From Mytilus trossulus (Eukaryota): 64,000 nucleotides of DNA. Shown here piece after piece: positions 26,201 to 38,382 of the stretch. Position numbers and translations under genes: made by a program. A model generated the notes under the pieces. The model saw nothing but the letters and a program-made list of their open reading frames with translations. It had not been told where the DNA came from and did no database searches. Where the stretch lies: contig NC_086378.1 of the NCBI RefSeq assembly GCF_036588685.1, positions 88,288,001-88,352,000 on the forward strand. Reading direction: 5' to 3'. How positions within the stretch are numbered: the first letter of the stretch is position 1; every line of letters begins with the position of its first letter.

Positions 26201-29200
26201 GATTAAATTAATAGTTTAATTATAAAGACTAGAAGAGTAAAATTTAGTATTAACGCATGAGTAGTCCACAGCTCTTCTTTTAATTATAAAACGGTATTGA
26301 TTGTGTTCACTCGCTCATTATCTTTGAGAATATATACTGTGTTTGTTGTCTCCCTTCTCTTATATAATATAGTTTTAGTTTTATTGTCATGTATTGTAAT
26401 TCCAATGAAAAAAATCACCATAATTATTTGTTCACTTTAATTTAAACTGTAATTGTACTGCTCCACGGGGTGTCTTGATTGACAAATAAAAATTGTTGTT
26501 GTTGTTGTTGTTGTAGAAAGACGTGTGTATATTTCAAACTTGAGATGTTATGCATACAAAGCGTAATAATCATATGACGTTACAATACGTTACGTTAACA
26601 ATAAGAGCTGAATAAGTTATTGTCTCTGTATTGTGGCTAATTTGTTTTGGTGATCATGAGATTGAACCTGTAAAACACTAAACAGATAATAAAACATTTT
26701 AAAATACCTGCCCAAAGGTGTCTTAGGGGCTGTTTGGTCTAATATTTCATCTACAGGAATCAATAGCCTGTCAAAGCTGAGGTTTGTGTGAAACCCTATT
26801 AATGGCAAGGTGTGTATGACTATTAGGTTACCATTTATCCTGCCAGAAGTCTGTGTTGGTCCAACTTCTCTGTCTACCAATAAAACTGATGTCACAATAA
26901 TGTCAATGTTTAAACCCCACTTAAGTTTATATCCAAGTAACTTAAGTGTGGTTAAAAAATGGAACAGACGAACACAAAACTTAACGATGTATAGAAAGTT
27001 TCAAGAAACAAGTCACTATTTATCATTATTGTTTCATGTTAGATTTGTTGGGAACACCACGTTTTGTATACTTTAGAATTATTTTAATGCAAATGTACAA
27101 TTCATTTTATTTCCAACAGGCACCTGAAGATCAAAGTCAGAATGAGAAAAAAAGAGGCCATAGTCAATCAAGTAATGCTCCATCACCGAAAAAGAAAAGA
27201 ACCAAAAGTCAGGAGATATCTATAAATCTACCTAATGCTCCTTCAGAAGGTAAGCTTTATTCCAATACTGAGGGGGGTTGGAGGGGTCCCGATCCTGAAA
27301 TCCTGGGCTTAAAAACATGAAATCCCAAGATCCTGAATTTTAAGAAATGTAAATCCTGACCTTCCAAAAGTCGAAAAAAGAACCCGAGCTTAAAGAACCT
27401 GATCCCGACATTATGAGAAAAGTTCCCCCCCACTCAATACTGATCTGTCATATCTAAGACAAAATTATTTGATTTATGTTTCAAGTTAATTAATTAAAGT
27501 AATCAGACAATTTTCATTTAATATTGAAGATTTTGTAAATATATTTTTTTCCTGTCAGATTTAACAAAGAACATCAATATGTCATACTTTGTATTCATTA
27601 TTATTGGTTGGATTCAAATTTTCATGGATTTTGTGGGTACAGGTAAACCACGAAATAAAATGTTAAAAAAAATGTTATAAAAAATATAACAGATCTGATT
27701 TGTCTACATTATAAGGCATTTTTATTGTTAGAAAAATCCTCTGTAATACATGTAATATAACTGATCATGACTGCTGTATATTACCTCTGATTATTAAATA
27801 ATTTTTTTTAAGGTATAGACAATCTCATAAAATCTACAGATCGTGAGCATCTGAAAAATAGTGAGAATTGATGTTTCTCTAGTTGAGATGTCTAAGATGA
27901 TAATAAGGCTTACTAAAAACAAACTCAGCAATATCTTTACCCAACACTAGAATGTTAAAATACATAAGTCATTTGGGCATGATTCATAGGTTTTAATACA
28001 TAAGTCATGAGGGCATGATTCATAGGTTTAAATACATAAGTCATTTGGGCATGATTCATAGGTTTAAATACATAAGTTATTTGGGCATGATTCATAGGTT
28101 TAAATACATAAGTCATTTGGGCATGATTCATAGGTTTAAATACATAAGTCATTAATACATAAGTCATGAGGGCATGATTCATAGGTTTTAATATATAAGT
28201 CATGAGGGCATGATTCATAGGTTTTAATACATAAGTCATTAGAGCATGATTCACAGGTTTTAATACATAAGTCATTAGGGCATGATTCATAGGTTTAAAT
28301 ACATTAGTCATGAGGGCATGATTCATAGGTTTAAATACATTAGTCATGAGGACATGATTCATAGGTTTAAATACATTAGTCATAAGGGCATGATTCATAG
28401 GTTTTAATACATAAGTCTTGTGGTCATGATTCAAAGTTTAAATACATTAGTCATGAGGGCATGATTCATAGGTTTTAATACATAAGTCATTAGGGCATGA
28501 TTCATAGGTTTAAATACATAAGTCATGAGGACATGATTCATAGGTTTTAATACATAAGTCATGAGGGCATGATTCATAGGTTTAAATACATTAGTCATGA
28601 GGGCATGATTCATAGGTTTAAATACATTAGTCATGAGGGCATGATTCATAGGTTTAAATACATTAGTCATGAGGACATGATTCATAGGTTTAAATACATT
28701 AGTCATGAGGGCATGATTCATAGGTTTAAATACATTAGTCATGAGGACATGATTCATAGGTTTAAATACATTAGTCATGAGGGCATGATTCATAGGTTTA
28801 AATACATTAGTCATGAGGACATGATTCATAGGTTTAAATACATTAGTCATGAGGGCATGATTCATAGGTTTTAATACATAAGTCATTAGGGCATGATTCA
28901 TAGGTTTGGTTGTCAGTTGTAATGTCCTGATTTCTTTATTAATTTTCAGAAATTCATCCATTGCTAAATGTTAAGAAACCAACAGACAAAAACCAGCAGA
29001 AGAAAGTGAGTCGAACAAACAAAGGAAAACCATCAAAGTCTGAGAAATCAAAACACAAATACAGATCAGATGAGGTAAATTTACATAAGTTATTTATTTA
29101 TACACCTGACTATATCATGCTGGGGCTACTGACTTATTCTACAAAGGACACATGGACTACAATGAAATATTATATATTAAATTCAGGGTTTTCATTAGTA

Positions 29201-29620
29201 ATTTTTCATGTTGAGTCCTGAGACTCATCAATATTTGAAATCATTATTCTCCTAGAACATTGCTTAGTAAAGGTTTTGTATGTATTCTTCAACTACATAG
29301 TACCGAAAGCTATGATACTGAAAATGTATTCATTTACCTCTGTCAATGAATCAATAACAAATGGTATACATTGATATTGTCTTTTTGTTTTGAGAAATTT
29401 CTGAGGTTATGTTTGTCTATAGATATATAAGGGAAGATGTGGTATGAGCACCAATGAGACAACTCGCCATCCAAGTCACAATTTGAAAAAGTAAACTGTA
29501 TTAGACATATACGCTTTTGAAGTATCAATTTTGATGTCATAGAATTCAATTGACATTTCCTGTAACTTTGACACATTTACACAATTCATAATATTGAATG
29601 TTTTTTTTTTCCAGATATGA
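14286..29620 (+). CDS. RBBP5: Retinoblastoma-binding protein 5 (COMPASS/MLL WRAD core subunit, WD40), 506 aa
   Basis: Exons 14286-14304, 15326-15351, 18411-18583, 18930-19070, 19265-19352, 20163-20234, 21209-21318, 21910-22029, 23312-23465, 23885-23956, 24397-24514, 24899-24965, 25304-25403, 27120-27249, 28950-29074, 29615-29620. All GT-AG, phases consistent, 1521 nt in total. Translation [23 protein letters not shown]...[25 protein letters not shown]...[27 protein letters not shown] is highly similar to RBBP5. AATAAA at ~29799. Confidence 0.97.
14485..14666. mobile_element. MITE with ~41-bp TIRs flanked by AT (ISL2EU/Harbinger-like), in RBBP5 intron 1
   Basis: agggctcttcacggttagttcggccat(a/g)ttggatagggggca is inverted at both ends. 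Confidence 0.85.
14704..14806. mobile_element. Short CAG-terminal MITE (GGATCCAG family)
   Basis: caggaccggatccag / ctggatctgacactg; flanks tatat/tatgt. Confidence 0.5.
15649..16966 (-). mobile_element. 5'-truncated LINE (RTE-X/CR1-like; end of RT plus C-terminal CCHC finger) in RBBP5 intron 2
   Basis: Open frame ~16966-15898: YKYLGITF...LRTYRNFK...[16 protein letters not shown]...RLCIFC...[19 protein letters not shown] plus (TTAC)n tail. Candidate 7-bp TSD catatgt at 15642-15648 and 16967-16973. Confidence 0.9.
17882..18021. mobile_element. MITE (CAGTGGCGGATCCAG family) with a 5-bp TSD
   Basis: cataggcggaaccag / ctggatccgccactg; TSD tgtag. Confidence 0.75.
19410..19675. mobile_element. 266-bp MITE with ~110-bp TIRs and a TA TSD (Tc1/mariner-type)
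   Basis: cagcacatttcagtcagtatgtagctaatgg... is inverted at the right end; TA at 19408-19409 and 19676-19677. Confidence 0.9.
20705..20795 (+). repeat. Abundant dispersed repeat (aagatgtggtatgattgccaatgagacaact family); other copies at ~10490, 29430, 31800(-), 43585, 58270(-), 58530(-), 62100(-), 63110(-)
   Basis: Near-identical 60-170 nt blocks recur throughout the window on both strands. Confidence 0.85.
22323..22581. repeat. 20-bp minisatellite (13 copies) in RBBP5 intron 8
   Basis: Unit gtt(a/t)gtccctatacagcctt. Confidence 0.95.
22918..23123. mobile_element. MITE with a TA TSD (Tc1/mariner-type); relatives at ~36540 and ~43196-43373
   Basis: TIR ctgtaaattcagaaattattgcg / cgcaataatttctgaatttacag, flanked by TA. 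Confidence 0.9.
25550..26514 (+). mobile_element. Decayed LINE 3' fragment with a (TTG)n tail, in RBBP5 intron 13
   Basis: [20 protein letters not shown]...[18 protein letters not shown], with frameshifts downstream; AATAAA plus (ttg)7 at 26486-26514. Confidence 0.8.
27270..27435. mobile_element. MITE with a 6-bp TSD
   Basis: Termini gagggggg / ccccactc, internal aaatcc(c/t)ga repeats, TSD aatact at 27264-27269 and 27436-27441. Confidence 0.65.
27957..28907. repeat. 33-bp minisatellite (~29 copies) ending ~40 nt before the RBBP5 exon-15 acceptor
   Basis: Unit aatacat(a/t)agtcatgaggg catgattcataggttt(a/t). It generates the spurious repetitive ORFs at 27955-28961. Confidence 0.95.
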
Positions 29621-30258
29621 ATGGTCAGTGCTTTTAATGCGATGTTGGGAAAGTTCTTTGACATTTGACAGAATGTTAGTCAGTGATGCAGTTCCAAGAC
29701 AAAACCTGTATGAGCTAGATATGCTCAGATATTAATTAAAACTAAGCAATGCTTATGGGCATGGATAACAACTAGATCGTCCCCATATTTATTATGTAAA
29801 TAAATAGAATGAAAAACTGTGACAATGACTTTATTATTGTGGTTTTTAAAAGAGCTTAATTATGCAAGGATAAGATGTTGTATGATCAATTCGACAGCCT
29901 AATCTTAAACAAAAAATGTAGACTTTACTATACTGCCTTCAACTATGACAAGCAGCCAATTAGCCAATAACAACCAATAAGTGGTTATCAGTGACTGCAT
30001 TTTAGTAGTTTGCTACATCCAGTCTGTGTTTTTGTTAGATGTAAGATGTTTTTTTGCTCTTTGTCCATCTTATGATTTATTTTATTGTCTACTGATTTTT
30101 TGTTTGTTTTATACCACATCTCCCAAATTTTTAAAACATTTGACAAAAAAATAGTGTATTGACAAATCAACCACCAGGAAAACACATACACATATATATT
30201 AACTGTGGCCAATATTACTTAATATGTATGCAATAACCCTTTTGTAGTATCAAACACA

Positions 30259-31273
30259 TTTTTATACGCCCGTCAAAATTTTGACGGGACGTATTATGGT
30301 AAACACATTTCCGGTGTCCATCCGTCTGTCCGGCGTAAACATGTCGCACAGTAACTTGAGAACGACTTATCCAAATTTCATGAAACTTAATATAGTTGTT
30401 TCTTATGATGGTCAAATGATCTGTATACTTTTTGGTGAAAATTAGATTTAAACTTTTTGATTTACGGCACTTTGTAACTAAAACAGGGGTGTGGTTTTTT
30501 TCACATGTCACACTGTATCTCAAAAACGATTCTTGATTATGGCTTAAAACTTTAAACACTTCTTATTTATATTAATCTTAATATCTGTATACTTTTAAGT
30601 GATGATTCAAAATTTCATTTTTGAGTTATTGAGTATTTTTTTAAAAAGGGGGATTTTTTTTTTACATGTCCCGCATATCTCAAAATCGATTTATGATTAT
30701 TGCTACAAAGTTTACACATGCCTTTTTTATATTAATCTCAAGATCTGTATACTTTTTGATGATGATTCCAAATTTCATTTTTGAGTGATTGAGTATTTTG
30801 TAAAAAAGGGGGAGGGTTTTTTTTACATGTTGTGCCATATCTCTTTTACAATTTATGATTATTGCTTACAACTTTACACACTTCTTTGTTATATTGATCT
30901 AAAGATCTGTATACTTTTTGGTCATGATTCAAAATTTTATTTTTAAGTTATTGAGTATTTTGTTAAACAGGGGAGGTTTTTTTTACATGTCGCGCCGTAT
31001 CTCTTTTACAATTTATGATTATTGCTTACAACTTTACACACTTCTTTGTTATATTAATCTAAAGATCTGTATACTTTTTGGTTTTGATTCAAAATTTTAT
31101 TTTATTGATATTTAGTTTTTTGTAAAAAAAAAACAGAGTGGGGGTTTTCCCGCCGTGTCTCAAAAACTATATATGGTTATTGCTTTAAACTTTCTCAGAA
31201 ACTATTTATGATTATTGCATATAACTTCCACATAAGACGTCGGGCGTATCATGCGCTCATGGCGCAGCTGTTT
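30259..31273 (+). mobile_element. Helentron-associated (HINE-like) element with ~5 internal ~161-bp tandem repeats
   Basis: T-run start, subTIR atacgcccg / cgggcgtat, 5' hairpin cccgtcaaaattttgacggg, and a 3' small hairpin before a T-run. tctgtatacttt recurs at ~30420, 30584, 30745, 30906 and 31066. Confidence 0.8.
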
Positions 31274-32068
31274 ATTCTGTATTGGTGCAGAGTAATTTGA
31301 AAAAGAACAAATGTTTGTCTTGCATGCAACAAAAGTTGCAGAAGTTAGGACATAGGTTTTACAATTAACAATTGTCCTTGTCCACATTATCATGGTTCAG
31401 TGAATGCCAGAAAAAAATATATAGGATAACTGTATTTGGTGTTTGGAATCTTTGCAGTTGACATGTCTGTCTGACGGTCCACCTAACCTCAACCACATAT
31501 GGATCAGTGATCAAGGTAAGGTTTTGGTAGTCATTTGGGTATCTCAGATACTATATTCTATAAGCAATAGGTCAATTGTATTTGGTGTATGAATTGGTTG
31601 TAAGGTGTACATATCTGACTGGCAGGTTTTGTTTTTAAGGTGTGCTGTTACACAACTGTCCAGATAATATAGAATTGACACTCACAAACAAGTTAAACCC
31701 CACAACATTCTGTATGTACCTTTCCAAATTAGGAAACTGTAATTGATGTATTAAACTAAAGTGGATGACTCAAGCTTGAAGGATTTAGGGTCAACTAATT
31801 TACGGTGACCTATAGTTGTTAATGTCTGTGTCATTTTGGTCTTTTGTGGATAGTTGTCTCATTGGCGATCATACCACATCTTCTTTTTTATAATGATGCT
31901 TACATCTGTCATTTAATTTCAGGAAAATAGTTATATCATTGGCAATCATACTACATCTTTTCTATTTCATATTGGGACCAGCTGAATTATATCTGTTTAA
32001 TGTAATGACACATTTTCTATTATTTGTGACTTGTGTTTGAAGTTCATTTATTAAGGATAATCTTATAA

Positions 32069-32254
32069 GGGCTATTCCAGAAAAAAATGTATGGGGGTTG
32101 GAAGGCAGTTTTTGTCAGCACCTGCCACCCATACAATTGTAATTGAGAATTAAAGTGCATTATAGTGTGAAAAGTTGCTCTGATATCCATCACCCATGTA
32201 TTATTAATACAATGTGCCTTCCAACACCCCATACATTTTTTTCTGGAATAGCCC
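32069..32254. mobile_element. MITE with ~40-bp TIRs, GGG termini and TAA/TTA flanks (Harbinger- or Kolobok-like)
   Basis: gggctattccagaaaaaaatgtatgggg / ccccatacattttttttctggaatagccc. Confidence 0.85.
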
Positions 32255-32329
32255 TTAAGCAAAAAATGGAAACTGCTGTTTAAATGCAAGAAATGAAATC
32301 ATAATTTTTGTGACTTATAACATGGATGA

Positions 32330-32550
32330 TTTGATTGATTGGTTGTTGTTAGTGTCTGATGTCACTTTCAACTCTGCTATTTTGTGGCATTTTGTATAGG
32401 TTGAAGAAGCCAAAGTGCTTGGAGAGAACCATTGACCTTTGACAGGAGAATTAACTCATACTCAATATTCAAACTAACACCAGTGTTGACAGGCTATTTT
32501 CTATCACAGCTGTATATGAACTACTAAGACCACTTAACCACAAAGACCCC
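32330..32550 (-). mobile_element. Degenerate SINE
   Basis: tRNA-like head (ggggtct..gtggttaagtggtct) on the minus strand and a (caat)n tail. Confidence 0.45.
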
Positions 32551-34140
32551 TTGATGAAATGGATACTATATGAATGTTTCAGTGTACTGATAATATTTTT
32601 TTATGATTAGTAAAGAATTTCTATGGGCCAAGTTAATGAAAAAAGATGAATTCAGGAAGAAAGTAAATTATCTCCCTTCTGTGAGAGAACCAATTTTGAC
32701 TTTTAATGGCACACTACATTATTAACTGAAACAAAAGAGCACTTCAGCTAAATATAACTTTATTCATAAACATTTTGTTTATCATTCAAATTGTATATTC
32801 GGTACCAAAAATTTAAAAATCAACTAATTAAAAATAACTGGATGTTGGTTTTAATATGTAAATACTTCTAAAAGATGTTACTTATTTTATTCTTGATTCT
32901 TTCATTTAATCTACATATTGTTCATTAAAATTTTATCATGAACATAATATTATATTTTTAAAGAACCAATCAAAATAGGACAATTACAATATTTGGCTTG
33001 ACAAAAAGATGTACACATTACTATATCAAAACCAAAGGGAATTGAAAATCAAAGATGTGATTCTACAAATTGCACAGTGAACAAATATAAAATTTAAAAT
33101 TTAATAAATATACACATAGTAAATAAATAAACAACAGTATCACAGATCTCTCCATAACAATATAAAATTTACTTTCAAAGTAAATATATTCACCGATAAT
33201 CATGGAAGAATACACAAAGACATTTTTGACAACAGATTTCAAAATAACAGTTACTTCCCTTAAAGATAACTAATATTTTGTCCATTTAACATAATAAGTT
33301 TATATCATCCAGCTTTAGATTTTGTGTGTTTTAATTGGACAACTACTTCACATCAATGAGTTGCCACCACCAAAATATATATTTATTAGATAAAAAAATT
33401 AGATGAGGGTTAAACCCATTTCCCTTGAAAAAAACTTAAAAAGAGTGAGTAAAGTTTCAACATGTTAGAACAAACAATTCACATAAACAATAAACCGGAG
33501 ACTGGGCTTAACTACTAGTATATAATCAGTATCAATAGATCAAAATGGCATGTAAATATTTCCAGCATATATTTAAGGCCAAAACCATTCCCCCCAAGTT
33601 GCAGGCATATATATTTGTAATTTTTAAATATACTGCATATTTTTCATATAGGTATATAGTTTAAAAAGTAATCAAGTGAAAAAGACTTGCAACATATCAA
33701 ATTCTTATTTCCCTAAAAAGAGGGTAAGAAAAATCTCACAATATATTTTGCTCTAAATTATAATTACAAGCATTAAAAATATAATCACAACGTCATATAT
33801 TGAATTACAATTTATTCTCATGATTTAGAATGTTTTATTAGGCTATTAATTAGAAAATGCATTTTACTGTACTCACAAAAAAATGGCAGTGAATTTTCTA
33901 TTAAAATAACCACCAAAAAGTATTATTATTTAAGTATGTGTATACACTACTTCTACTGATAGACTTTTAAAGCATAAAAAGTGAAACTAGTGTAAGTTTA
34001 CATAAACAGTAAAATTTACTTCTTAGAAATTTCATCATAATCTGATCATTTTCTTCTTTTAACATAACTATGTCTGTTATTCCCGTTTTTCAGTGGACTA
34101 GGCATTATTCCAAGTATACAACTACTAATTTTCAAAATGT

Positions 34141-37100
34141 CTATGCTTGTACTGGAGGCTCATATGATTTAGGAGAGGGCCAATTAATAGGAGTTCTTGA
34201 TGACAGCACTGGCATATCTGGTTCATATGTTCCAGCTACGGCACAATTCGTTGTGGCTGGGTATTGTCCACTTCTTCTGGATCCTGCCGACCTAGCTGGT
34301 GACTGTGGGTGTGGCCAGTTAAGTGTTGGAGTAGGCGGTTTGGAACGATAGGTAGGTGTCATTGGTTTATATCCTATTGGTGGCATCTTTGGACTTGTGG
34401 ATATTGGCTCTGGATTTCTAGCACCTGATCTTCCTCCTGAGCCATTCATCAAAAGAGTTTCAAATGGTCCTGGGCCAATACCACCATCAGCTTTAATATC
34501 TTCCTTTACACGTAAGGCATCTGGAACCTGCAAATCACATAGTAATAAATCATACATATTGAGGTATATCAATATATCAAGCGAATGGCAGATGTTTCAT
34601 GGAATTTTGTGCTGATGACTTTTATTCTTTCTTTATGTTCTATATCTATAATTGTCTATAATACTTTTATTTGCAATTCTTTTTGTAGATTTTAGATTTT
34701 GATATTGTAAATACTCCTATCTTTAAAAATTGAAGATTGTGTGTTGACCACAGGCCGGTACTAGCTACCTTTTGGTCTATAAGGTTCAAATACCTTCGTA
34801 TGAGAATTAGAAGTTCTTAGAACATTTAACTCGTATACAATTTATGCATTCCGTAATCTTCAAATAATGTATAAAAACTTCCTTGATAACAAATTTGGTT
34901 TATAAACATGAACAATCAGTTGTTTTCTTTCCCAAATAAAATTATATATTTATCATAATATATAATATAATGATATTAAGTGTAGTTAACCTTTTATTAA
35001 ACCAGTTTTGTTTTTGTTTTTAACCGTACCTTTAAAAAAAAAAATCTCAAACAAATAAACAAAATTTTCATTTAACCTTGAGTAATCTGATACATATACC
35101 TCAGACATTAGTGTTTTTACCTTGCATCTCTTTAATTTTCCTCTAAGAACAATATCACCATCTGTTTTAGATCTCAGTAAACTTTCTACTGCATGTCCAG
35201 ACCGTGCTGTGGGGTTTGTGTTACCTGTGGACAAACAAAATATATGATATATCATTTATTGCTAATTATAAACCCTCATTAAATAGTGGTTATACAGAGA
35301 TTTCTGGAAAACATGCAGGACATGTTATATCACATTAATAAAAACAATGATCAATCCACAGGTGACAAATTATATGTATCTTACACAAATACACTGGATC
35401 TTTAATTTTATCAACACAATTATTGGTGCATACTCTCAACTGTTATCATTATACTTTGTAAGTTTATTTGAAATCCCCAAGTTGCTACTCTTCTTTTCAT
35501 CCCAAAAATTACAAATCACAGCAGTTCTGTATTTTGATATAAACAATTTAAGTGTAGTGATTGATACTAATTCTTTCATACCATTTTATTTTACATATTT
35601 GATAAAAACATGTCTTATCTGTTCACATATTATTCACAGAAGACAAACTTTAAACATCATCGTCTAACTATAAAGTCTTTTTTTCTGACCTGGAATTTTC
35701 AGTGGCATATCCCAGGTTCCTACAAATGTGCCCCATGGCGAATCTCTTGATCTTTTGACCCCTGGAATCAAATGTCCTCTGTTGTTGGCAACTATCTGGG
35801 TAAAGCCATCAAATGATCTTGGCCTCTGTAAAAATAGAAGATAAAATAATCAGAAATTCAACACTTTTACAAAATAAACATAATACATTTTTTTTTAATT
35901 TGGAAAATTATATCACTGAAATATTTTAGCTAAAACTATAAGAAAATTCCATAAGTCTTACTGTTTCCTTCGCGTTCATGATACAATATTACATGTGTGA
36001 TGACAAAGGAAAGCTATACACTATACCAATCATAAAAATATACATTAACTTTAGAAATGTCGAGGGATGTGGATTTTAAATTTTAACAACTGAAACCATT
36101 CACTGTGACTTTCCAAGTGTAACTACCTAAATATGAATACTACCATTATGTTAGGTCAATGGTCATAAATGTGTTCAAATAACATATAACTTATTAATTA
36201 TATTCTGATCATAATAGAAGTCTTCAATATTAAGAAAGATTTTACTTGGTAAATAAATGCCAATTTCTTGTGATATAATTAATCAACAAAGGTAAATATG
36301 AATGAATAAGTGCACATAGGTCATTATTGTTAAAAATACAATAGGACAATAACTTTTTGGTGTACAATGTATACATGAACATTTAAATTTAACATTAACA
36401 TGACTAAATAAGTCATTTATAAAAACTCCACTACCTTGTTTATTCAAACTGTAAAAATATCAAGTTTTAACCACATAAATGTATATAGCCCTTCAATGTA
36501 CAAAGATTTATTTCTAAATATCCGATCTTAAATTACAATACTGTAAGTTCAGAAATTATTGTGTGCATTTATTATTGCAATATTGAGAAAAAAAACTGTT
36601 AAATTCATAAAAAAAAAATGAAAATCAAGTTTAAATTATTGATATTATAACCTTGTCACATTTTTGCCATTAAATTCTGAATCTACAATATGACAAATGT
36701 ACATGTATTACCTCTCTGTATTCTCTTGCCACCTGCCAGTTCTGTAACTTCACAGGATCAAAAGCATTTGTGTACTGGAAAAAAAATATTCTACAATTAT
36801 TGTGTGATGCTCATGGTAAAAGTGCTTAATTTCTACATGTTCCAAATCTGTAGTTTCTGTTTGGTTTTTTGTTTTTGTAAAAATTATTAAATAATAAATT
36901 TTATAAACATTTATTAAAACAAAACCAATATATGGACAATGTCACCTTTCTTTAAGTAGGTTTTTCATATGGGAAATGGGATCAAATTTAATAGTGTTTC
37001 TTACAGGTTTTGGCTTGATATCATTGGTATGGCACCCTGCACTTATGCAAGTATGTGGTGTCATGCTGCTTTTTCATCATAATTAATAATGCCCTATTAG

Positions 37101-38001
37101 TATTACTGTTGAAGATCAGGTCCATAATAAGCAGCATTTCTGTTCACTTTTCTTTCAACAAAATCATTAATTTTAATTATGGATGATGAATTTTTTTTAA
37201 ATATATGCTTGAACATTTTTGAAGCGACTTATGTTTCATCATGAGTTGAATAAAACTTAATGCCGTCTGCACATCAGAGAATTTTAAATAGGCAATTAAA
37301 AAAAAGGAACCATGTGATTGTTAGAGTTGTAATTTACGATGCAGCGGTCTAAAATTATGTAAGCAATCAATTGCACCAATTCTTTTTGTATATTAAATTT
37401 CAACATCATTGTATGCTCTCACTCCTAAATGTGGCAGAATAGTCAACCAGTTGACGGTGGCCACTTTAATAACCGAAAGAAGAAGCTGTTTATGTTAAAC
37501 TGATTTACCTTTTAATACTGGAAATGAAAACAATAAATCTATTATAAATATACTACTTTGTATTGAATTTGTAACGAAATATGTTGAAATAAAGCTTAAG
37601 ATTATTTTTACTATTCTTATCCACACGCAAGATTAATATTAACAACACACTTTGAATTCAGGATAATGTTTAGCTGTGAAGAACATTTTATGGGTGACTG
37701 CTGCTGCTGATAAAAGTTTCTTTGTATGTAAACAAAGGGGCACTGTTTCCCTTCATTTTTAAACTCTTCAGCAATACAATGTAGTTTTTGTTGTTCAACA
37801 AATGCTAGTTTATAATTAACAGTCTATACTACCCTAACCAATTTGAAATATAGGCTAAAGACATTTCTATAAGCATAACATTTTGCACCTTCAGACTAGA
37901 GACAGTAGAGTGACATGTATCAAATGCAATATAAAAGTTATAAAATTTGCATTTATCAAGATGACAATACAAACCTGATTTGCACTAAAGTGTAAAGACA
38001 T
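34141..38001 (-). CDS. CFAP126: Protein Flattop / cilia- and flagella-associated protein 126, 238 aa
   Basis: Exons 38001-37975, 36774-36712, 35825-35690, 35224-35121, 34527-34141 (GT-AG, phases consistent, 717 nt). MSLHFSANQYTNAFDPVKLQNW...FDGFTQIVANNRGHLIPGVKRSRDSPWGTFVGTWDMPLKIPG matches the Flattop family signature. Confidence 0.93.
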
Positions 38002-38382
38002 CACGAAGGATTATTTTTATAATATACAACGGTTTTATGAGAGGCTTAACGCCTTTTTATCAGCTCAGATATCCCTTATCTTGTTGGATTCTTTCACTCG
38101 ATGATGTTCGCCATAACAATACAGTATCGTTGCCCATAGAAACGGGTTCAGAAATGGTGATGAAAAAATAAGATTTATATGAAATCATAAAGAATAAATT
38201 AGTAAAGAAGTACAGAATTCCCTAGATTTGAAGAAGAATCTTAATTTCACTTTTAAAGATAACATTTACCCCGTTAATCGCGGAACCGATACGCACTGAA
38301 TATATCTATTTCTACTTCCGGTTAAAGAAGCCGGCGACTCTTGCATCTAATTTCGCATTTATTTAACAGTTGATACGAGAAA
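38002..38382. promoter_or_regulatory. Bidirectional promoter region for CFAP126/TMEM147 with RFX X-box-like and ETS motifs
   Basis: The ATGs are 381 bp apart, head-to-head. GTTGCCCATAGAAAC at 38129-38143, a second degenerate box GTTCGCCATAACAAT at 38106-38120, and ACTTCCGG at 38314-38321. Confidence 0.7.

Noticed and set aside
27955-28961. Repetitive ORFs ([12 protein letters not shown])n and ([12 protein letters not shown])n
   Set aside because: Artefacts of a 33-bp intronic minisatellite; no splice or codon evidence.
34070-34615. Plus-strand ORFs overlapping the CFAP126 last exon
   Set aside because: Antisense shadows of a GC-richer coding exon.
34985-35121. Several AG|GT motifs downstream of the CFAP126 exon-4 donor
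   Set aside because: No alignable repeat unit; consistent with chance.
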